A DNA stretch of 64,000 nt from Hanamia sp. Lineage in GTDB: Bacteria > Bacteroidota > Bacteroidia > Chitinophagales > Chitinophagaceae. Position 1 is the first letter of the stretch, and every line of letters starts with the position of its first letter. Of the stretch, positions 52,227 to 61,385 are shown piece by piece. The notes under the pieces are model-generated. The model was not told the origin of the DNA. It saw nothing but the letters and a program-made list of their open reading frames with translations, and searched no databases. The position numbers and the translations under genes were made by a program. The stretch is from the NCBI GenBank assembly GCA_965217965.1, contig CBDCJQ010000002.1:139225-203224 (forward strand), in the 5' to 3' direction.

Positions 52227-53003
52227 TTACCCCCTGCTGATTTCTATCCATACAGGTGCGTGATCGCTTGATTTTTCCCAGCCCCGGACATTACGATCTA
52301 CGCCGGCGGCGGTGAGGCGTTTTGAAAGATGAGCACTTAGCAAAAAGTGATCAATACGCAGGCCTGCATTGCGCCCGTAAGCATTGCGAAAGTAATCCCA
52401 AAAAGTATAAATGACTTCGTCAGGATATAATTTTCTTAACGCATCGGTCCACCCCTGCGCTACTAATGTTTTAAACGCTGAACGAACTTCCGGGCGGAAA
52501 AGGGCATCGTCCACCCAGCGCTCCGGTTTATAAACATCCAGTTCCGTTGGCATTACATTATAGTCGCCGGTTAACACAACAGGCACATCTACCGCAAGAA
52601 GATCAGCGGCATGTGCTGTCAAGCGTTCAAACCATTTCATTTTGTACTCCAACTTTGGCCCCGGCGCCGGGTTACCATTTGGCAGGTACAGGCAACCAAT
52701 AATAATCCCGTTCACCTTTGCCTCAATGTAGCGGCTATGCAAATCTTCCGGGTCGCCAGGCAGCACCCGCCGCACTTCTTCCGGCTTTCCTAACCGGGAA
52801 AGTATGGCGACACCGTTCCAGCTTTTTTGTCCATGCCATATCGCTTCATAGCCGGCGTCCTTTATAGCCTGCTCCGGAAATTTCTCCTGCGGTGCTTTTA
52901 ATTCCTGCAGGCAAGCCACATCGGGAGCTGTTTCACCGAGCCAGCGAAGTAATACAGGCAGCCGTCCATTTACGCCGTTCACATTATAAGTAGCTATTCT
53001 CAT
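52227..53003 (-). CDS. xth: Exodeoxyribonuclease III
   Basis: ATYNVNG, LQELK, YLPNG, GDYN, RIDH, SDHAP. Confidence 0.95.
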   Translation of the reverse strand: MRIATYNVNGVNGRLPVLLRWLGETAPDVACLQELKAPQEKFPEQAIKDAGYEAIWHGQKSWNGVAILSRLGKPEEVRRVLPGDPEDLHSRYIEAKVNGIIIGCLYLPNGNPAPGPKLEYKMKWFERLTAHAADLLAVDVPVVLTGDYNVMPTELDVYKPERWVDDALFRPEVRSAFKTLVAQGWTDALRKLYPDEVIYTFWDYFRNAYGRNAGLRIDHFLLSAHLSKRLTAAGVDRNVRGWEKSSDHAPVWIEISRG

Positions 53004-53047
53004 TTATTTGCAAATTTTATTTTTGTTGAAACACCGGTTTGATAAAC

Positions 53048-53467
53048 CTAACTCTCAATTAATTTTTTCAAACCGCTAAGTATGGGATTTTCTTCTCCCT
53101 GTGGTTCTTCCTGTACAGCACCCTCCCTGTTGTCTTCCTGAATAATCTTAACCATTACTCCGTCCTCTTCCTCACTCAATAGGTAATTCATTACAAAATA
53201 ATTTTCCGGTTTATCTTCAAGCCCGGGGTGGGGGAAAAAGAGACTGTACTTAATTAATTGCTGTGGAATTATTTCTAAAACTTTACCCCATTGTTCAAAT
53301 ATCTTTCCTTCCCATTCTGTTCTGAACCTTATATCGCTTCCAACTTTCCAGTCAGTAATAACGTCACTCCCATATTGCCATTGCTTTAAAAGTTCCGGTT
53401 TCGTAAGTGCATCCCAAACTTTTTGAAGAGGCGCTTTAATAATTATAGTGGAAATGTTTTTTGCCAT
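53048..53467 (-). CDS. SRPBCC/AHSA1 domain protein
   Basis: IKAPLQKVWDALT..W, TDWKVG. Confidence 0.85.
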   Translation of the reverse strand: MAKNISTIIIKAPLQKVWDALTKPELLKQWQYGSDVITDWKVGSDIRFRTEWEGKIFEQWGKVLEIIPQQLIKYSLFFPHPGLEDKPENYFVMNYLLSEEEDGVMVKIIQEDNREGAVQEEPQGEENPILSGLKKLIES

Positions 53468-53516
53468 CGTTTAAAAGTTCCGGTTCAAATTTAAAATAGA
53501 TAATCTGAAATCAAGA

Positions 53517-54104
53517 TTATAAAACTGCATCTTCATAATCTGCTAAAGTATCAATGTCTCTTAATACATTTCCTAAACCCATTTGTACGGGGTAAACGTG
53601 CTCCTCGCTGGACTGCACAATTTCTTTGCAGCCTTCCATATTTGTATGTGCTAATATTGCCGTTCTATAAAAAGATGAAAAAACTACGGGGTTGCCTCTT
53701 TGATTTTTGTATCCGGCAATACAAATGCACGCTTCGTCGAGTAGTTTTTTTTCTTCAAAAAAATTCCCTAACCTTTTGTATTCCTCCGATGTAATAAATG
53801 GCATATCGCCAAGGCAGATCATGTAGCCATTACCGTTAGCGGCGTGAACCCCCTTTTGTATGGAAGTAGTCATGCCTTTTGCAAAGTCATTGTTATGGAT
53901 AAATTTTACAGGAGAATGTTGCAGGAGATCGTGCACCAGCAACGCATCACGGCCTGTTACTACGATGAGTTCATCAATGCCGGAGGAGATAATATTGTCG
54001 ACCACTTTTTCAATAACGGTTTTGCCCGCAAAAGGAAGCAGCATTTTATTTTTGCTGCCCATACGTGTAGATAATCCTGCAGCCAATACGATTGCGCTTA
54101 CCAT
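53517..54104 (-). CDS. MocA/MobA-like nucleotidyltransferase
   Basis: IVLAAGLSTRMG..NKMLL, GDMP, GNPV, DIDT. Confidence 0.88.
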   Translation of the reverse strand: MVSAIVLAAGLSTRMGSKNKMLLPFAGKTVIEKVVDNIISSGIDELIVVTGRDALLVHDLLQHSPVKFIHNNDFAKGMTTSIQKGVHAANGNGYMICLGDMPFITSEEYKRLGNFFEEKKLLDEACICIAGYKNQRGNPVVFSSFYRTAILAHTNMEGCKEIVQSSEEHVYPVQMGLGNVLRDIDTLADYEDAVL

Positions 54105-54175
54105 TCAACAGATGTTTAGAAATAGTGGAGGGAACTAAATTATAAAATTTTCTTGGGAGAAGGACGAAGGGAGTG

Positions 54176-54294
54176 CCGGGTGCATTTCAAATTGTCGCCG
54201 GTTGGTGGAGACACCAACCGGGACGCTTCGCCGTGGGCGGTGTCTCCACCGCCCACAAGCATCAAGACTGTGCGACAATTTGGAATGCACCCGG
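54176..54294. repeat. REPIN/MITE-like nested palindrome
   Basis: 23-bp outer inverted repeat (54176-98 / 54272-94, one mismatch) enclosing two 10-bp hairpins with loops GAGA and TCTC. Confidence 0.8.
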
Positions 54295-54569
54295 GAGTGC
54301 CTGCAAGCGAAAAGCTATGTCTATTTGAAGAAGCGAATGGATTTTATATGATGGCTGAATTTCTCCTGACGTCGAAAAGAAACTTCTGGATCTTTGAGGT
54401 AATCGAAGGATGAAAGTTTATCATCCCAATTACCTTAGGCCGGGTGAAAAAAAACCTATAGTATATTGCTGAAAGTTGAGAGGATAATTAACGGCAATGT
54501 GGCCGTAATTACCGCCCTTACATGGGTAAAAAGTGGCCTTTGCCAGATAAAATATAAACCGCCTAAAAT

Positions 54570-55060
54570 TAAATCTTGAACAGCATGATCTGTTCATGTA
54601 ATTGTTTAAAATTTTTTCCTTTATTGGAAGGTATTGTGTTTAAATTAGGCAGCGTTGATTCCATAGATTTATAAGAGGAATACTTATCAGCAGTTATCTC
54701 AGCAGCATCACTTACATGCTCTTTAATTGCATACTTTAAAGTATCTGCCTGATAATCTTCTATTTGCTGCAGGTAAATCCTGCCTATTGTTTTTTCATCT
54801 ATTCTTTCCATCAGTATCATCGTCGCTTTTTTTCTTTGATAAACTGCGTCCCGGCTTGCCTTCTTCTTTGCCTCCCACCACAAACTGATCTACGTGAACC
54901 GCTGTGTCAATCTTTTTTTTTATCCGACTGCATACCTACCTGCGCCTTGCGTTTGAAGAGCCAGGCAGATTTCTGCTGAATACCTACTTCGTAGCCTAAT
55001 TCCACCGTTGACATGCCTTTCTTTTTAGCAGAAATACGGAACAGCAAATGGAATGCTGAG
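54570..55060 (-). mobile_element. IS1595-family transposase fragment (frameshifted, truncated at both ends)
   Basis: KKGMSTVELG..QKSAWLFKRK / VDQFVVGGKEEGKPGR / ITADKYSSY..KGKNFKQLHEQIM. Confidence 0.75.
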
Positions 55061-55069
55061 CTCCATCCT

Positions 55070-55856
55070 CCTCACAAAAATCCAAACGACACCACCAATC
55101 CCGCAATAATTAAAATATACTAAAACCCACAATCAAAGGCCTGCGCAGGGATTTGTCGCAGAGAATAATTCCGTAGATCATTTTTAATAAATTATTACTT
55201 GTTGCTGCATTCACTACAGCCATTACAATTACGGCATCTGCAATATTTAATTTGCTTTGAAACAGATTGAGGATAAAGGGATCAACTTCTGTAACGCCGA
55301 CAATAAATGATAACACATCTATGCCGCCGCTGCCGTAACGTTTCGTTACAAACTCTGTAATGACGGCAAAAAATATAAAGAGCGCCGCGAAGATCAAAGC
55401 AGTTTTAAGTTCAAGTGGGTTGGTATGTGGTGGTAATGTTTTTACATCGGGTTGTTGTTTTTTGCTGTGGTGAAATTTTAAAAAGTACAAAGCAACAAGC
55501 GAAGACAAAACCACGAAAGTAGCAAAGGCTGGCGCGAGTGCCATCGCTATATTTTTATTAAAGAACAGCGCCAGTAAAAACAATCGTACATACATCATTG
55601 TAGTGGCAAGAATAATAGCCGCAGCCACTTTATTATTTTCAGGCAACTCTTTACTTTTTTTGGCGAGTATAATAGTGGTGGCCGTGCTGCTGTACATGCC
55701 GCCCCATATGCCCGTGAGAATAATTCCTGAATCGGAGAATACAAATTTTTTAAGTAAATAACTGAAGTAAGAAATACCCGATACCGCTACTATCGCCAGC
55801 CAGAATTTGTAAGGGGAAAAGTTTAAGGCCGGCGATACGATTTTATTAGGTAGCAA
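55070..55856 (-). pseudogene. MgtC/SapB-DUF4010 membrane gene lacking its N-terminal domain, frameshifted near the 3' end
   Basis: Starts at LPNK..SPYKFWLAIVAVSGISY; GGMYSSTATT, VTEVDPFI; tail IIAGLVVSFG in another frame. Confidence 0.75.
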
Positions 55857-55920
55857 TGGAAGTATCCCAGGCTGATAAATGTCTCAGCCCGGCTTTGATA
55901 TTTAAACGGACGAATTTGAT

Positions 55921-55988
55921 AATTAGTCCACCTGACTGGACTAATTTACATAAATTAGGTTGTTTGACTGGACTAATTTACATAAATT
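55921..55988. promoter_or_regulatory. Direct and inverted repeat cluster upstream of the AAA ATPase
   Basis: 24-bp direct repeat TGACTGGACTAATTTACATAAATT at 55933 and 55965; AATTAGTCCA-N6-TGGACTAATT palindrome. Confidence 0.6.
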
Positions 55989-56008
55989 GCGATAAAGTGA
56001 CCATAGTT

Positions 56009-57148
56009 ATGGATATCCCAAGAATTACTGAAACACAAATTTTAAAGCAATCCGGCAAGCAAAAAGTAATCCTGCTTTATGGGACACGACGTACGGGCAA
56101 ATCTACCATTATAGAAAACATAGTAGCAAAGAATGAAAAAGACACGTTGATGTTGCAGGGAGAAGATATGCAGGTGGCCGCCCTTTTGCAAAAGAGAACG
56201 GTAGTTAACTATAAGCGTTTAACAAAGGGAAAGAAACTAATAATTATTGACGAGGCGCAGTCGGTGCCTGATATTGGTAAAATATTAAAGCTGATGATTG
56301 ATACGGTAAAAGATATCACCATCATTGCTACCGGCAGCAGCAGTTTTGATTTGCAGAATTCAACAGGAGAGCCTTTGGTAGGAAGAAATCTCGTTTATCA
56401 ATTATACCCGATTGCGCAAATGGAATTGTCTGCAATACAGGATCATCTTACTACAGTTTACGATTTGGAAGAGCGCTTAATTTATGGAAGCTATCCTGAA
56501 TTATGGCAGTTGGAAAACAATGATGAAAGAGAAAATTATTTAAAACAATTGGTTAATAATTATTTGCTCAAAGATCTTTTGATGATAGAAAACATCAAAG
56601 GCGCGGACGTTTTATATAAGCTGTTACAACTGCTGGCCTTCCAGGTTGGCAGCCAGGTGAGCACCGTGGAACTCGGTAACAGCCTGCAATTGAACCGGCA
56701 AACGGTAGATCGTTATCTTGATCTTTTATCGAAAGTTTTTATCATTTATCCCTTATCCGGCTATAGCAATAATTTGCGAAAAGAAGTGAGCAAAAGTAAG
56801 AAATGGTATTTCTTTGATAATGGAATCCGGAATGCGCTTATTGCAAATTTTAATCCTTTGAGCCAGCGTAATGATATTGGCCAGCTTTGGGAGCAATATT
56901 TTTTGAGCGAAAGAATAAAATATAATAGTTATACCAATTATTTTCCGCAATATTTTTTTTGGCGAACGTATGACGGGCAGGAAATTGATTTAATAGAAAT
57001 AAATAATAAACAAAAATTGCAGGCGCTTGAATGTAAATGGAGAGACAAGAAAGCAAAAATTCCCACCGCTTTTGCCAAAGCATATCCCAAAGCCTCCTTT
57101 GATCTTATAACCCAGGAAAATTATCTTGATTGGATTACGAAGAAATAG
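56009..57148 (+). CDS. AAA+ ATPase with DUF4143 (PD-D/ExK-like) C-terminus
   Basis: GTRRTGKST, IIDEAQ, ATGSSS, KWYFFDNG, EIDL..ECKW; ATG 56009. Confidence 0.9.
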   Translation: MDIPRITETQILKQSGKQKVILLYGTRRTGKSTIIENIVAKNEKDTLMLQGEDMQVAALLQKRTVVNYKRLTKGKKLIIIDEAQSVPDIGKILKLMIDTVKDITIIATGSSSFDLQNSTGEPLVGRNLVYQLYPIAQMELSAIQDHLTTVYDLEERLIYGSYPELWQLENNDERENYLKQLVNNYLLKDLLMIENIKGADVLYKLLQLLAFQVGSQVSTVELGNSLQLNRQTVDRYLDLLSKVFIIYPLSGYSNNLRKEVSKSKKWYFFDNGIRNALIANFNPLSQRNDIGQLWEQYFLSERIKYNSYTNYFPQYFFWRTYDGQEIDLIEINNKQKLQALECKWRDKKAKIPTAFAKAYPKASFDLITQENYLDWITKK

Positions 57149-57496
57149 TAAAACTTTTTTGCCCCGCCAATAAATACATTTTTAAAAAAAACATAGCCGG
57201 AAAAACAGCATTATTGAAGTTGATCACCTAATATTGCTAATAACTAAAAGTATTGCCATCTGTAATACCGGATGCAATTATTTCATCCAACGCAGGTCTT
57301 CCCGTTCTTTTGTAAGCCCAATTCATCCACACGTGAGAACCGCCGTCTGGTCTCCTGACCAACCGGCAGCAAATTAAAACGCACTGAGGCATAATTCCAT
57401 ATTAGTATGTCCCTGGGCCAAAATGATATAACCAAGAATAAATGCTCTCAGCCAGCGTAAGATAACAATCAACCATAATTTTTATACATTAGTGTA

Positions 57497-57660
57497 ATGA
57501 ATCCAGATTACAGCATTCATGCAGCAGAATATTTCACGGCTACAATTTATGAATGGCAAGCCGTTCTTGCAGATGACAATCATAAGGATATAATAATAGA
57601 TAGTTTACAATATTTGGTAAAAGATAAAAGAATTGAACTAAACGCTTTTGTTTGCAAACA
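57497..57660 (+). pseudogene. RAYT (Y1 HUH transposase) N-terminal fragment 1a
   Basis: YFTATIYEW..DIIIDSLQYL..LNAFV, truncated before the HUH motif. Confidence 0.75.
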
Positions 57661-57722
57661 TGGTTTTAAGACTGCCTGTTATTAAATCTTTATACTTATC
57701 CGTCTTTAAAAGATGCTTCCAT
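57660..57722 (-). pseudogene. RAYT fragment 1b, fused tail-to-tail to 1a
   Basis: WKHLLKTDKYKDLITGSLKTM, near-identical to 60586-60647. Confidence 0.7.
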
Positions 57723-57841
57723 ATTAATACCATAACGGTATTAATAGTAGTGATAGCGCACGGCGTGGCATCTTAATAATTACCATTAGATAAAAATTCC
57801 GTGTGGGTCTACAATTTATAGGCAAAGTTTTTTTTTGGACA

Positions 57842-58999
57842 TTATAGTAATTGAGCTACTGTTTTAAATTTTCTTAAAAAATTTGTAATCATCCAGCTAA
57901 ACAAAAAGGCTCCAGCAAATACAATTAAAAATTTGACAATTACCGGCAGCGAAATTTGTATCAGCAGGAATTGAAACCAGGTTATAAAGACATAGTGGAT
58001 AAGATAAATACTGTAGGCATTTGCAGAGACGCTGTTCCAGGTATGGCTTAAAACATTTCCTTTCTTTTTAAAAAAAGAAAGGAAAGCAAGACTGCTGCTG
58101 ATGCAGCTTGCAACAAAAAATAAATCAAAAATTAACCAGGCTGCTTTAGAGCTGGCAGTATAAGGATTGATAAATACAGGAGCATAAAAAGTAAGCCATT
58201 CAATGATTGCATAGCTTATTACACAAAGCAATGCCCAGAACCACCATTTCTTATTCAACAGTTTATTACCTGTAAAAATATAATCTTCCCAATCACCCGC
58301 ACCTGAACAAACACCAAGTAAAAAGAAAACAAAATATAAAAAAAAGCGATTTACCTGGAAATCAAACGGGCCAAAACCTGTCCAGGTATATTGCCCAATC
58401 CAAATGCTTACAGGAATAAATGATATACACAATATTGCAAAAAATATTATCCAAAACACAACCGGTCTCTCAGTTAGTTTATAAATTTTATTAGATACCG
58501 TTATATAGAATTTTGGCGGGATGAATGCAGCAATAATATTGAACAATAATAATTCCCAAATAAACCAGGGTGGGCCTACAGGCCATTGTTCATTGAATAA
58601 ATAATCTTTAAGGAAAGCTGATAGCTGAAAGTTATGATGGCTTATATAATAAGAGGGCACATAAGCAAGAGGAATTATTGAGGACACGGCGATGATAAAA
58701 GGGATACCCAGTCTTTTCAACCTTTCAAGGAGGAATACTTTATTACCCTTTCTTTGAAGGCTTTTAAAAACAAAGAGCCCGCTTATTAAAAACATTAAGG
58801 ACATAAAAAAAATGTCATTAAAATTTTCAAAAATGTCCATTACAATCCACCTTTGATTATCAACAACCGGGGCGGTCGAATTAATGTAAGCAGTTGTATC
58901 AAAATAAGCAAACGTAGTATAAGCCAGCGATGCATGGTGCGCTACCACCAGCACGGTTATAAAAGCACGTAAATAATCAATCCAAAAATTTCTTTTCAT
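57842..58999 (-). CDS. Acyltransferase family 3 membrane protein (OpgC-like)
   Basis: WIDYLRA, FMSLMFLISG, GPPWFIW, YSIYLIH. Confidence 0.88.
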   Translation of the reverse strand: MKRNFWIDYLRAFITVLVVAHHASLAYTTFAYFDTTAYINSTAPVVDNQRWIVMDIFENFNDIFFMSLMFLISGLFVFKSLQRKGNKVFLLERLKRLGIPFIIAVSSIIPLAYVPSYYISHHNFQLSAFLKDYLFNEQWPVGPPWFIWELLLFNIIAAFIPPKFYITVSNKIYKLTERPVVFWIIFFAILCISFIPVSIWIGQYTWTGFGPFDFQVNRFFLYFVFFLLGVCSGAGDWEDYIFTGNKLLNKKWWFWALLCVISYAIIEWLTFYAPVFINPYTASSKAAWLIFDLFFVASCISSSLAFLSFFKKKGNVLSHTWNSVSANAYSIYLIHYVFITWFQFLLIQISLPVIVKFLIVFAGAFLFSWMITNFLRKFKTVAQLL

Positions 59000-59282
59000 A
59001 AACCTCTAAGAAAATTATAAGAAAATTAAATTTATAAAACAATATCCAGGTACTTTTGGCTTTTGGGATGTTTGAGACACACATCGCAAAATTAGATTTA
59101 TTGAAGCCAGATACACTTATGCAAATTTATAATACAGTATTTACGGACAAGTATAAAAAATCTAAGGCTGCTGCCTATCCTGGTGTCACCCATGTTTAGA
59201 AGAATTACCTGTTTTAAAAGAATTGAATAAAGAATATAAGGAACAGGATTTTAAACTTATCTTATTTAGTATTCTATGCCCG

Positions 59283-59987
59283 TGTTGGTGTTCCTTCTTC
59301 CAAACCTTAAAGCATTTACACAGAGTAAAAAGAGGCCATCTCACAAGCCGGCGGTACAACTAAATGGTTCTTTTTATTGCATTACGGCGTATCTCTTCCA
59401 ATAAATCTACCTTTTCCCAACAGAAAATCAATTGCTTTAATAACGTTCCTTTCAATACTTGCTTCTGTTTTGAGATTCGCTATATACCGGATAATTTCAT
59501 GTTGCAACGACGGAGCGAGGTCATCAAAAATTACTTTTGCCTGCTTATTTGCACGGAGTGCCTTCATAAGCTTTGGGTGTATGGGAATTGTTCTGTCTGC
59601 CGGGTCATATTCAATAGTCACTGCGATCGTTTCACCAATTCTTTTTGGCGATTGTTTAAGCATTGATGTATTAATATAAAGACGCCAGTCGCCGCTATAT
59701 TTCACCAATGTTTGTTTGTAGGGTAAGTTATTTATTGTGCCACGCACAGGAATTTTTCCTTTGTCCTTTCCGGCTTTTCTAAAAAGCTTTTTTAAGATCG
59801 GTCCAGGCACAAATACAAATGGGTTTATCCCGATAATCTCTATAGCGGCTTTGAATTGATGCATGCTAAATGAAAATACAAAACATAATGTCAACTGATT
59901 ATTTTGGATGTATCATCTTTCCTTGCTTTTTATGACCATGTTGGTGTTCCTTCTTCCAAACTTAAAGCGCTTACAATGAGTAAAAAG
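59283..59987. repeat. About 50-bp direct repeats (59283-59332 and 59939-59987) flanking the DUF1905 gene
   Basis: TGTTGGTGTTCCTTCTTCCAAAC..TTAAAGC..TTACA..GAGTAAAAAG present twice. Confidence 0.85.
59382..59894 (-). CDS. DUF1905 + YdeI/OmdA-associated domain protein
   Basis: IIGINPFV, KIPVRGTIN, WRLYIN, FDDLAPSLQHEIIRYI. Confidence 0.82.
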   Translation of the reverse strand: MTLCFVFSFSMHQFKAAIEIIGINPFVFVPGPILKKLFRKAGKDKGKIPVRGTINNLPYKQTLVKYSGDWRLYINTSMLKQSPKRIGETIAVTIEYDPADRTIPIHPKLMKALRANKQAKVIFDDLAPSLQHEIIRYIANLKTEASIERNVIKAIDFLLGKGRFIGRDTP

Positions 59988-60094
59988 CGACCGCCGATGT
60001 TGCGTGTTCCCCGAAAAAGCGGGGCAGGCTGTGCGGATGGTTTTGTAGCTACGCAATCACCAACATCAGTTTAGTGCCAATACACTACTGTAAA

Positions 60095-60727
60095 TTATTT
60101 TATTCCCATCCAATGCGTTAGAAAACCAAATTCATCCTTTCCACTTTCGTAAAATTTTGCAGAAGAATATTTATAATCTTCAGGATAAGCGCATAAGCCT
60201 GCCGCTACAGGATTATAATGCCCGCCCGGCTGAAGCCATTCGGACGGGGATGTATTCCATCTTTTGTCCGAATGGACTCCTTCGGAGTATAAACACTTCT
60301 TTTGTAAATAAATCTATACTTAATGGGTTGCGTTCCTGATCCCTCTTTGCATCGGGAGATACTTCCTGTCTTTTGCTCCCACATGAAATCTTTCTAAAAC
60401 TTTAGGATGATTTTTTTCTAAATCTCTTTTAATTGTTTGTGATACAAACTTTAAAAAATTACGTTGAACAGCATCTCTTTCATATCCTTCCTGAATTTGC
60501 CATACCTGTCTTGCCGGCAGGCAGGTTAAATGTATATGGTTACTCATAATAACAAATGCATTTACTTCTACCCATTTTCTTGTAACCATGGTTTTAAGAC
60601 TTCCTGTTATTACATCTTTATATTTATCCGGCTTTAAAAGATGCTTCCCCGTCCGAACGGTTCAGCCGGGCGGGCATTCTAAGATGGTACCTGTAAAATA
60701 TTGAGGATGATATTCTGTAATAGTAAT
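60095..60727 (-). pseudogene. RAYT gene 2 interrupted by five palindromic insertions
   Basis: After removing inserts: YFTGTILEWKHLL..NAFVIMSNHIHLIWQ..ERNPLSI..KMEYIHYNP..YKYSSA (HUH and catalytic Tyr motifs); about 174 codons. Confidence 0.85.
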
Positions 60728-60974
60728 GAAATTTTATTGATGCTAAGATATTAAAGAAATGAAAGTTTAGCTCTTCTTTAGTTCATGTCTCTCCAAAAGT
60801 TGTCCCAAAGGGATGGATTTCATTGGTGGTTGCCAGGCTACTAAACCATCAGCACAGCCTGCCCCGTTTTTCGGGGAACACACAACAACGGCAGCGTGTG
60901 GTTCTCTGGTGGTGGCGTGATTGTTTTAGGAAGACCAACGCCTGCGAAAAAAAGATGCCTAAGCATTTGGTGGT

Positions 60975-61385
60975 GTTACACCTGCTAACACTTGCCATAC
61001 CTGCCTGCCGGTAGGCAAGTTAAATGTATGTGGTTATTCATCCCGATAGCTATTCAATTCTTTTATCGTTTGCTAAATATTGAAACTTTCAATTATCAAT
61101 ACTCCGGTAATTTTTTAGGTTCTGAAACTCAATATGGGTAAGGGATTCATAAAATCGACATTTATTTTTTTGCAACTCAGCCTAAAAGCTGAGTTTGAGA
61201 ATAATAATTTCTAAATCTATACACACTGGTTATCAAAATGATACAAAAAATAAATTTAAAATTTGCTCTAAAAATCCTACCGGAGTATTGAATTATTATA
61301 TTCTGTCATCGGTAAGAATAGGTTGCCATTCATAAATTGTAACTGTAAAATATTGTGCTGCATGAATAGTGTATTCTGGATTCAT
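60975..61385 (-). pseudogene. RAYT gene 3, N-terminal half, split by a MITE and two palindromes
   Basis: MNPEYTIHAAQYFTVTIYEW..NIII/ESFQYLANDKRIE..MNNHIHL..WQV. Confidence 0.75.
61097..61290. mobile_element. 194-bp MITE with 13-bp terminal inverted repeats and 6-bp target duplication
   Basis: CAATACTCCGGTA..TACCGGAGTATTG flanked by AATTAT at 61091-96 and 61291-96. Confidence 0.85.

Noticed and set aside
246-53000. Many 60-200-aa antisense or overlapping ORFs in the track (e.g. 12480-13076, 14412-14942, 44400-44936, 48857-49369)
   Set aside because: They lie inside well-supported genes and show no family motifs
54153-54413. 86-aa ORF
   Set aside because: Translation of the nested palindrome; no protein motif
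54300-54560. Possible gene relic or structured RNA
   Set aside because: Short open stretches but no motif or stable fold I can recognise
55085-55100. TTGGTGGTGTCG as another REP copy
   Set aside because: It is coding sequence (GLVVSF) of the DUF4010 tail
55933-55988. Mini-CRISPR from the 24-bp direct repeat pair
   Set aside because: Only two copies with an 8-bp spacer
57180-57296. Possible - strand coding fragment (PALDEIIASGITDG)
   Set aside because: Too short and not assignable
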